Below are positions 41,521 through 53,182 of a stretch of 64,000 nucleotides of DNA, one piece after another (positions within the stretch are counted from its first letter, which is position 1; every line of letters starts with the position of its first letter). The DNA is from Octopus sinensis (taxonomy: Eukaryota): assembly GCF_006345805.1 (NCBI RefSeq), contig NC_043002.1, positions 115,692,001-115,756,000 of the forward strand. Reading direction: 5' to 3'. The notes under the pieces are model-generated. The model was not told where the DNA came from. It made no database searches and saw only the letters and a program-made list of their open reading frames with translations. The position numbers and the translations under genes were made by a program.

Positions 41521-44500
41521 GAATATATATATATGGGTGTGTGTGATTGTGTATAGAAGAATATATTAATAAAAAGAATTCCAACCTTGTCTGATTTTCA
41601 CGTTTTATTTACAATCTTATAATGATATATTATAAGATAATATATTATAATTGAATAAAATAAAATGAAATAGTAGAATGTTAAATATTCATTCTGATTG
41701 AACTAGTACTTTCATGCATTGAATTCTGCAATCTTCGGGTTCATGTAGTAGTGTTGACAGTCATGCTTCACAATTTTTGACTGTAGCAAGATGATTGATT
41801 CTGTGCTATAAATACAGCTGGGTAGGCTCCAGAGTGCTAGGTTTTGCAAACAGTATTCTGACCAATCAGTGTGTAGTATCACTCAATTACTTAAGCTGAT
41901 TGGTTGGTTGAGCTGATTGGTTTAGGCGTCACGCTTTGTTGGACATGTCAAGAGTCCTGTATCTTGACCCTGGCCGAAGCAGCAATTGTTGGGTTATTTT
42001 TAGAAATGTTGTAAATATCCTTTGTCAGAGATTTTTATATTTTTATATTTCAATTGTCATCATCATCATTGTCAGCACCTTAATTATTGTTGCTAGTGGT
42101 GATGGTTATGGCAATAGAACTTTTAACCCTAAATAAGATAATTTTCCTGCTATCTTCGTCTTGATCACCTTTAGTATTGTTGTTGTTGTTAGTGGTCATG
42201 GTCGTAGCAGTGGAAGTAATACCTCTAAGTATTATTATTATTATTATTGCTTATTTAGCTTGGGTTCGAATTTATCAATAAAATTCTTTTCTCTGATTTT
42301 CCTCTCGATTTCACTTGGGCTGTGTAATTTGTAGAATGGAAATATTATATATATTTTCCGACCACATGTTGCTAGGTGGTTACTCAAAGGTATCTGACGG
42401 ACCTCTGGGTCTCTAATCTGTTGCCGGTGTACACGTGAGCGTTCTAATAGTGCGTTTCCCGTCTGACCTACATATTTCTTCACAATTTGGGCATTTGATG
42501 CAGTAAATTAAATTTCTGCTTTTGCAGTTCATATTCGCGTTTGTGAATATTTTCCCGGTTTTGTGTTTATATATTGACCGGTATGTATGAATTGGCATGT
42601 GCCACATCGGCTATCATTGCATTTAGATACCGTGAATGTTTGGTCTTTGTTGCTGAGGTCAAATTTTGCCTTTGTTAGTAATGTTTCAAGTTTTTAGGCT
42701 GTCTTTTACTAAGCACCATAGCTCGATCCGTGATTATGTCTTTTAATTCATTACTTTGGGCAATGATTGGTAGGTTTGCTTTGGCAATGTTGAAGATATT
42801 CTGGTGACATGGGTTGTGTGTCACTATGAATGGTATGACTTGTTCTTGTTTCCTCTTCCTTGGGTTGTCCTAAGTTGTTGTATAGGTATTTTTATAGCCC
42901 GCTGTATGCCATTTTCTATAAGTAGAGATGGGTATTTTGTTTGAGCAAAAATTCTCTTAGTTCTATTAGGCGTTTGTTCCTGATATTTGCATCTTCTACA
43001 ATGGTACAAATTCTTCTGGCTAGGCAGTATGGGATGTTACGTTTTGTATGTGGTGGATGGCACGACTTAAAATTTAGGTATTGATGTGTGTCTGTGTGTT
43101 TATAGTATATATCTGTGGTGATGGTGGTGTCTTTTTTAATTACCATTATATCCAGGAATGGTAATTTGGTACTACTCATCTCCTTTGTAAATTGGAGAGA
43201 TGGGTGTAGGTTGTTCAGGAGGATATTGAACTCTTCCAGAGTATTTAGAGATTCTGTCCAGATTATGAAACAGTCGTCTAGGTATCTCTTCCATGCCTTT
43301 TCAATATACTTTCTAAACCCAGTGCCATAGTTTACCTCCACCTCTTGGTAGAGTTGTTCTTCTAAGTATCCCATTACAGAGTTGGCGTAAACGGGAGCAA
43401 ACCTCGTTCCCATCGCCGTGCCTCTAATTTGGATGTAATTCTTTCCATTGAAGAAGAATGTGTTATTTTCTAGAATAAGCTTGACTGTGTCTAATATAAA
43501 AGGCACTGTGAATCTGCTGGGAATCACTTCTCTATGTTTTTCTAACCAGTATTTAATCGCCTTTATTCCTAAATCGTGTGGAATATTGGTGTAGAGGCTT
43601 ACCACATCAAAACTTAGTAAAACTGAATTTGTTTCTGTTGTTTTGGGAAGATGGGACAGGAAGTCGATGTCATATATTGTATATATATACAATATGTTAC
43701 ATTACTCGGTAGTCAAGATAAAACTCTGAGTTTCAGATGCCGAAGTGGAAATCCACAACACCATCTCTTCGGTTATCTGGCTATTTGAAAACGTTATGAA
43801 AAAATCTTTTTCATAACGTTTTCAAATAGCCAGATAACCGAAGAGATGGTGTTGTGGATTTCCACTTCGGCATCTGAAACTCAGAGTTTTATCTTGACTA
43901 CCGAGTAATGTAACATATTGTATAGATAAATTTCCTCTATTTACATAATATTGAGGTCTCTTTCTTTCTTTTGTTATCTTACCGTTTTATCAATATATAT
44001 ATATATATATATATATATGTAAGTTGTTATGATGAAGTCAAACCAAATAGTTATATTTTGAAATCATTTGATATGTATATTTCAGGTCTGCATGATATAA
44101 AATAGAAAATGCATCTGTTATGCAAGACCTTTCTCAAAATGTATTTACTGATGAAGATCTTGTGTAATGGATGCATTTCCTATTATATATCATGCGGGTC
44201 TCAAACATACATATTAAATGATTTCACAATATAACTATCTAGTTTGATTTCATTTTTACAACTTTTACGTAAGGTGGTGAGCTGGTAGAATCATTACCAT
44301 GCCGGGCAAAATGCTTTGTGGCATTTCATTTGTATTTATGATCTCAGTTCAAATTCCACCAAGGTCGACTTCACCTTTTGTCCTTTCGGGGTCAATAATA
44401 TAAGTACCAGTTACATATTGGGAGTGTTGTATATAACTAGACCCCAAAATTTCAGGCCTTGTGCCTATAGTAAAATGGATTACTACAACTTATACGACTT

Positions 44501-44619
44501 GATGCCTGTACAAACTAGCCAGTCCAGATTCCACTTACGCAGATATACTAACAAGGATTTGGAATTGTTATATTTAAATCGAGTCACAAATCCTAGCATC
44601 ATGCATCGCTTTTTAGAGT

Positions 44620-44718
<99 letters not shown>

Positions 44719-47700
44719 TGTATGTATGTATGTATGTATGTATGTATATATGTATGTATGTATATATATATATGTATGTATGTATATATATGTATGTATG
44801 TATATATATGTATGTATGTATATATATATATGTATGTATGTATATATATGTATGTATGTATATATATATGTATGTATATATATATGTATGTATATATATA
44901 TATATATATATATCATATATGACGTTCATAACATAACCATTGTTTTTCCTGTGTCATTTCTTTTTCTTATTACTGCTCTATGGTCATATAATACTTTGTT
45001 CTGAAACATACATACAACATGTTGTTAGTCTCGCAATGCCTAGGCAAGATATATGTGTCTGTGTACACAAGACATATATCTGTATATGTGACCAAGACAT
45101 GCAGATATTGTAGTATGGAATGGGAAAATGTCAAGAAACAATATTTTAACCACACTATCAGCCCTGCTCAAGTAGATCTGGAATCAAAAGCATTCCAAAA
45201 ACAACCATCCCATTTTTATTATGTAAATATCATAAATAAAATTCTACGTGTGTATATCTTTTTTGGTACTGCTTCACGCGATTCTAATTATTTCTAGCTT
45301 GAACAAACTTCATACACATCAGTAAATTTACTGTTTGTTGTTGTTGTTATGTATGAGACCAACTGTTCTTATCAAAAGGTTGTTCAGTATTTGTGGCTGA
45401 TGATGTTTAACAATGCAGAAACACGTGCAATGATGTAATTCACTGCCCATAGTGTTTTCACACATATTTTCCAACAGGATAACCTTTTCATGAAACTATT
45501 TCATGAAACAATTTCATGAAACAATGGACAGTTTTCTCACTTTTGATTGAACAGGAATTTGTCAAATATCATTGTACCCACTTCTATTTTATTCAATATT
45601 ACTCTGTGTGACTCTGTTTAATATACGTGTGGGTGTGGGGAGTATTTATTTGTGTGTGTGTGTGTGTGTACATATCTAAGTGTAACCCAGCCAGTGGCAC
45701 GTAAACAGCACCTTTCAAGCCGCATAGAGAGGCCAAGACAACACATTACCAAGACATTTGGCAACATGCTCTGCTCTAAAACAAAACCCATCAAGCAAAA
45801 TAAACTTGTAGTCATGGCACATACTGGTGTCATGCACCAGTATGTGCGCATAAGTGGGCTGGTTACACCCCTGGTAGAGGCCATGGGTTATGGTCTCACT
45901 TGGCTTGCCAGGTCTTCTCAAGCACAGCATATTTCTCAGTCACCAATCATTGCCTCAGTGAGGCCTAATATTCAAAGGTCATGCTTCACCATCTCATCCC
46001 AAGTCTTTCTGGGTCTACCTCTTCCACAGGTTCCTGTAACCACTAGGATGTGGCACTTTTTCACACAGCTATCCACATCCATTCTCACCACATGACCATA
46101 CCAGCATAAACGTCTCTCTTGCACCCCACAACTGATGCTTCTTAGGTCCAACTTTTCTCTCAAAGTACTTACACTCTGTCGAGTATGAACACTGACATTA
46201 CACATCCAGCGGAGCATGCTGGCTTCATTCCTTGCGAGCTTATACTTGTCCTCAGAAGTCACGGCCCATGTTTCACTGCCATGTAGCATGGCTGTTCATA
46301 CACATGCATCATACAGTCTACCTTTTACTCTGAGCTGAAGACTGGTAAGCCAGGAGGCTGCACCAGGCTCCAATCTGATCTGGCAAAGTTTCTACAGCTA
46401 GATGCCCTTCGTAACGCCAGCCACTCCAAGAGTATAGTGGGTGCTTTTTAATTTCCACTGGCACAGGGGCCATTCAGGTGGCACTGGCATTGACCATGCT
46501 CAAATTGTACTATTTACATCCCACTGGCACATATATAGATACATGTGTGTGTGTATATATGTATATATTTGTGTGTACATATATATAATATACATTTGTG
46601 TGTGTGCATATGCTTAAATTTATGTAATAGTTATTAAGATGATAAAATTATTTTATACTAGACTGTTCATTGATGGCATTTGTTTTGTGTTGAATAGAGG
46701 GGTCATTACCTGATGGTGCGATGTCCTTCATCAAAAGAATATGATCAGTGGTTAGCTGCACTTCAGAGTCAAACAGTAGACAACTTGAAAGCTAACTATA
46801 TCCAGCCTTTAGTAGATGCTCCAAAATCTTCTTATAAGGTAAGAAATTTACAAGACTTTCCTCTTTTATATTTTGATCAGTTGAACACATTCTACCAGTC
46901 TACATCACCACCTAAACTGAACATTTTGCATAAAGAGTCAGCATGCTTGGGAACAACTCTCTGTGGCATTTCTATCAACTAGAAATAGCAGCAAAATCAC
47001 CTTCAAATGACCTACTAACTTAAAAGGATGCATTTAATATGTTCCTAAATAGGCTTGAAAAATACAAAAGGTTGAATGGTCTTGGTTGAAATGTCTTTTG
47101 ATCATAGATTTTTAATCAAATCTAATCCAGTACTAAACAGAAATGTAAATCTTTTGCATTTTCTGAGAGGTTTAACCTAGACTAGCAGAGACATTCACCT
47201 CCAGAATCTCTTTGCAGTATTTTCATTAAAGTCTGAACCACCTTATGCAAATTTGTCTCTGGATTATGGATTTGATTTTTCTAATAGGTATTTAAAAATG
47301 CTGCTAGATAAATCTAAATCCTAGATTTGAAAAACATTCTATTCCAATATAACAAATGATAATAAACAAAATAAAATCTCTCAAATGTATCAAAAATTGT
47401 TATCAAATCTATTTCTTAATCTTTTATGATTTCTTATATATCAAACTGTGAAGCATGTGGCCTAGTGGTTAGGATTTTGCACTCACAATCACTTGATCAT
47501 GGGTTCAGTTCCCTGACCAGACAGCTTGTATTCTTAAGCTAGACACTTCATTTCACATTGCTCTGCAGGTGAGAGCATGGCAGAATTGTTGACACATGAG
47601 CAAAAATGCCTTACAGTATATCTCTTGACTTTCTACACTCTGAGTTAAAATTCCACCTGCCTCGAAAAGGCAATGGGAAACCAATCCACTATTCCTCACA

Positions 47701-50700
47701 AGTCTAGTCAGGGTAGCCAAAGTGTCAGTAATCTGTTTAGCAGTGGCAGGGGAGGGTATGGGGCCACCCAGGCCCTATAGAAAATGCTAGGAGAGGTTCA
47801 CATGCACAGGGACCTGCCCAAGTGTAGACCACTGTTAGACTAGAGTAGCAATAATAATAACAAGAGCACTCACAGAGCACAAACCTCCTCCAAGGCAACA
47901 CCAACGTCCTCTCAACGATTGAAATGAGAATATCTGAAAATAAACTCAACTGCTCTCACAAACAAGAATACTAAAAATTAACCCGACCGCTCTCAAAAAT
48001 TAAGTAAAAAAAACAGGAAAAATAAGCCATAATCCTTGTCCAGTACCAGATCAATCCCAAAATCTAATCAGTTTGTGCCAGTCACGAGGCCAAACATCCC
48101 TGAAAGTTTCATCTGAATCTATTCATCGGTTCCTGAGATATCTTGACCACAGACAAACAAACACGACTGAAAACAATACCTCCGCCTTCACTAAGGCAAA
48201 GGTAATAATAATAGAATGCAGTTTCAGGTAAATAATTGTGCAGTGCTAATTATGAAGAGAGGCTAGATGATAAACTTTCATGGCATAAAATTACTATACA
48301 TCATTAGATTGCTGTGGAATAGTGAGGAATATAAATACCTAGGGATATTATAAGTCAACAGGATAATGAAAGAGGAAATGAGAGAGAAAATCTTAAAAGA
48401 GTACAAGAGGAGAATTAGTAATGTACTTGAAACAAAATTAAATGAAAGGAATATCATTAAAGCAATAAATACAAGGACTATGTCAGTATTAAGATACTCT
48501 GCTCCCTTTCTGAAATGAGCATAATTTGAGCTAGAGAACTTAGAGAGAAGAACTAGAAAGCTGCTCACAATGCACAAGGTACACCACCCTAAAAGTAATA
48601 CTGACATACTCTGTGCCTGAATCCCATGCAAGATTGAGCCATGTGTACAATAATATTATGCATGACACCAAGAAAATCCTTACTTAGTTCAGAAATGGAG
48701 CAACATGCTTACTCCCCAAAAGTGATGAAAATAATAACCCTCAAAGAAATTAATAACATGCTTTACAGCCATGTATAAAATACCCACATCTATCATTTCT
48801 GTAAAAACCCATGTAATTTATGCACTTTTTTTACAAACACATTAAGGGCGCATAAATTACATGAGTAGACCATTTCCAGAATTTTTTTAGAGATTTTTTT
48901 TGTTCATTGGAGAATATCTTGTTATCCACCAGGAAGATATATAAGTGTTAAGTACCATAAAAACTCATGTAATTTGCACACCTGTGTAACTTACACAGGT
49001 GATTTTTAGGATAAAAACTGTTAAAAAAAGCTTCTACTCATGTAAAATTTGCACCCAAAAGTTTTCAGAATTGCCGATATGGACAGGGGGAAAAAGTTTT
49101 CAATTTAGTTGTCTTTAGCATAATTTCACTTTAATGTCAGAATTGGTTTTTACAGAAAAAATATAATGAAGTTGACTTTTATTTATGCTGGACAGGATAA
49201 TGCTTACTTTTTCTGTATAAATTTACTAAAACCATAAAATGGTTAACTACTTTTTGAAATTTGACATTCATGCTGGGCCATATTTTATATTGCTTGACAT
49301 TTCTACCTATTGAAATAGAGCCCAGCAATTTTCTTAAATAGATCAGTTTTTCTCCGCTTAGGGAGTCTAGCTTGCATTTGCACCAGGAAGCTATTTGCTC
49401 ACTTTCTCCACGTTATGACACAGTGAAGATCCAATACATGTCACTGATTGGTTAAAATTACCCAAATACAACAACTTTAACACTAAATAACTTCTAAATT
49501 ACAAAATGTTGTCAAAAACGTTAAGAGTAAACCCTGTTCTACATAACACATTCTACCAGTATCTGAAATTTTCAAAGTGTTTACTTAAAAAAAATTAATT
49601 AAAAAAACTGTATGTGAAATGGAATAGATCCTGAAATTCCTCACCATTGATATCGCCGCTCTATCAGTTCTTACTGTACCCAATGTCGACAGTGACATCA
49701 TAATTCATCCTTGCGCATGTAACCTCACTAAGTGAATATAACTTAGCATTCCTACAGAAACCTTCATTTACCCTATATGATTTTTAATGTCGTTTCACAT
49801 TCATGTTGAATTATGCAGCAATCTTATGTTCTCTTCATAGAACACTTGTAATGTATGTATTACCAGTTCTTATGGTAGAGTAGATTTTTGCTATTCTTGT
49901 TTATGTCTCCTCACAGACATGTATATTCTAACAAGTCAGTTCTTGAATTTCGCACATCTCTTGTTCAATAAACACTGAGTTAAACTTGCAAAACTGTTTA
50001 TTTTCTCCCTTCAATTGTTAATATTTATTTTAGTGGATTACCAAACTATCAGTTTGGTCTCCCGGCTAAAACGGTAATGACAAATTCTTAAGTTTGCTTG
50101 ACATTTTATAAGTGTGAAAGGCATTAAAATTTCAATATTCCATATCAGAGATTCGGACAAGAATAGACAGAAAATCAGAGCTTGAAACAAGAAGACACTT
50201 TCAACCAATCATAATTCTGTTTACATAATCAGTTTGATCAGTCACCTTCCTCTGTCGGTTGAGTAAAGTGTCATCCAAGCAGATGTTTATTGGTTATTAA
50301 ACTTATTTTGCAACACTTATGCATATTTATCAGCTTTATTTTTGTTAATAAGAATTATCAACAAATTTTCCTGTAATCATGATTTGAGAAGGCATACAGA
50401 AGTATGCTGAAGATCGGACATAATCTTCTGTGGGCAAGAAATATAAAATAAAGTTTATTATAAACAACACAAACACTTCGTAATTTAATAGCTTTCAATG
50501 TTAAACAGAAATTATTTTTATCTAATGAAAATTTAATAAAATCTAATCATAAGTAAGTGAAATTATGCTAAAGACAACTAAATTGAAAACTTTTTCCCCC
50601 TGTCCATATCGGCAATTCTGAAAACTTTTGGGTGCAAATTTTACATGAGTAGAAGCTTTTTTAACAGTTTTTATCCTAAAAATCACTTGTGTAAGTTACA

Positions 50701-53118
50701 CAGGTGTGCAAATTACATGAGTTTTTATGGTACTTAACACTTATATATCTTCCTGGTGGATAACAAGATATTCTCCAATGAACAAAAAGACTGTAAACAT
50801 GGTTCATATGGGTGTGAAAGCTAACTTTTAAACAATAAAATTATTCTAGAGGACTACCACAAACAACACTGTTGCATGGATTGATAGACTTCCTTGTTGC
50901 ATGGATTGATAGACTTCCTAATTTAGAATGCTGTGAATGCTGGTGATATTGATATAAATGCCGCATTTTTCAAGGTGACTGTTGGTCACTGCTTCTCTTT
51001 TACATGGTTTTCATTTCCCTAAGTAAGTTGTAGAATGGCATAAGACTTGGGTAAAGAATAAACACCAGATCATGGTATCATCTCTTGTACATGGATGATC
51101 TAAAGCATTTCATCAAAGGTAATGAGCAACTGGAATGATTTCTAATTATAATAAAACAATTTAGTGATGATACTGAAGTAGAGTTTTGCCGTTATAAATG
51201 TACTGATGCCACATTCTTTAAAGGATAATCTTGAAAATATGCAAGAAATAAAGCCTAAAGAAAACTACAAATATTTAGCCATGTAAAGTATTACAGGGTC
51301 AATACTCTGATACAGAATGACCTCTGGGGATAACCGAGTAACCCCACTGATAATAATAATCATTTAGGCACAAGGCCAACAATTTTTGAGTGAGGAGGTT
51401 AGTAGGTTGCATTGACCCCTGTACTTGACTGGTACTTTATTTTATCAACCTTTGAGTGATAAAAATCAAAATTGATCTCAGTATGATTTGAACTCAGAAC
51501 ATAAAATAATAATAGCTAAGAAAAAAAATCAAAAGCATTTTTGAGTTGGCTGAAAACAAGTTGATGAACCAAGCATGCAGGATCCCAAAAAGTGGTTTGG
51601 CTATACCAGTGAAAACAGGGGTTAGAGAGAATTAGTGAGGTGATGGTGTTGGATTAGCTTATATTCTCAGAAAGGTGCTTTCTGTTTAAAGCACTTAGTA
51701 TGCACAAAGAAACAACAAAAGCCAGTATTTTATATCCTTACTGTGCAATGAAACATTGGTTTTAAATTTTGGCACAAGGCCAGCAACTTCAGAGGAGGAG
51801 GTAAGTTGATTACATTGACCACAGTGCTCAACTGGTACTTATTTTATCGACCCTGAAAGAATGAAAGGTAAAGTTGTCCTCAGCAGAATTTGAACACAGA
51901 ATGTAAAAATGGATGAACTGTCACTAAGCATTTTGCCCGGTGAACTTACAACTCTGCCAGCTCACCACTTTACTGTGCAATAAAATATTACTGATAATAA
52001 TATTGTTGATATTTTCATCTTATTAAAAAAAACTGTAAAAGAGTCAAGTTCTGTTCACTTATCTTGTTACAGAATATTCTGATTGTTGAAATGGGAAGTA
52101 TGTCAGTTAGAGCTGGCATTTTGAAAGAAAATGGTAAGTACTCTTTTCCAAACATATTACCACTAATTTCCCTTCTTTAGCCATCCTCTTCCATAACCCT
52201 TTGTCCTTACTTCCCACTTCACATACATTTTTATTTAACATGGTTTCTTTTGTCCTAGACAAGGTCACCTACTCTGGAGGATATTACAAAGAAAATAATC
52301 TTGAAAAGCTTTAATTCTTTAGGTCTTATCAATGATCAGCTAGAGTACAACTCTAACTCAAATATAGTTTTTGCTATCCATTTGTTCTTTTTTTCTCTTT
52401 ATCTTATATTTCTTTCACCACAATAATACCTCTGTATAACCATTTGTATTGTTTTAGCAGTAACATAGAGCTTAGTTTCGCAGAAAGTAATTTGCCTAAA
52501 ACAGCAACTATTCTGATATAAAACTGATATAAGATAGTCATGAACTTTTGTCTTGTTTAAACTATTTTCAAGTGCCTCAGTACATAACCATAAGTGAATA
52601 ATAGACGTCTGTGTGAATATGTATGTACACACACACTCATACACTGATATTTTCATTATGTACAACAGAAGCAGTATTACTTTAAAATAGCAATCTGTAT
52701 ATCCTATTCAAAGCAGATTTAATACTATATGTCTCAGGAGAAATACTACAGTTAATTAGGCCTTTCATGGTGTATCTACTTTTAATATGATACTCAGATT
52801 GCACATGGCTTAGTGGTAAGGGTATTCAGCTTGTGACCATAAGGTCATGAGTTCAATTCCCAGCCTGCATTGTGCCCTTGAGCAAGACACTTTATTTCAC
52901 GTTGCTCCATCCACACAGCTGGCAAAGATGAGTTGTACCTGTATTTCAAAGGACCGACCTTTTCACATTTTGTTTCACGCTGAATCTCCAAGAACTACAT
53001 TAAGGCTACACATGTCTGTGGAGTGCTCAGCCACTTGCATGTTAATTTCACAAGCAAACTGTTTCATTGATCAGATGAACTGGAACTCTTGTCATCATAA
53101 CTGACAGAGTGCCATGTA

Positions 53119-53182
<64 letters not shown>

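Noticed and set aside
42916-43692. The 258-aa ORF as a domesticated or functional RT gene
   Set aside because: Its start is a (TA)-derived pseudo-ATG at the truncation point, the RT N-terminus is missing, and the downstream domains are frameshifted.
44145-44165. CTGATGA motifs here and at 8230, 8361, 11296, 34373, 58898, 60437, 60701
   Set aside because: No downstream stem II/GAAA/stem III/UH arrangement; expected by chance.
45485-45525. Short tandem duplications (tttcatgaaac x3 here; also 11580-11632, 50868-50920, 60320-60352, 63904-63943)
   Set aside because: Typical slippage products; nothing suggests function.
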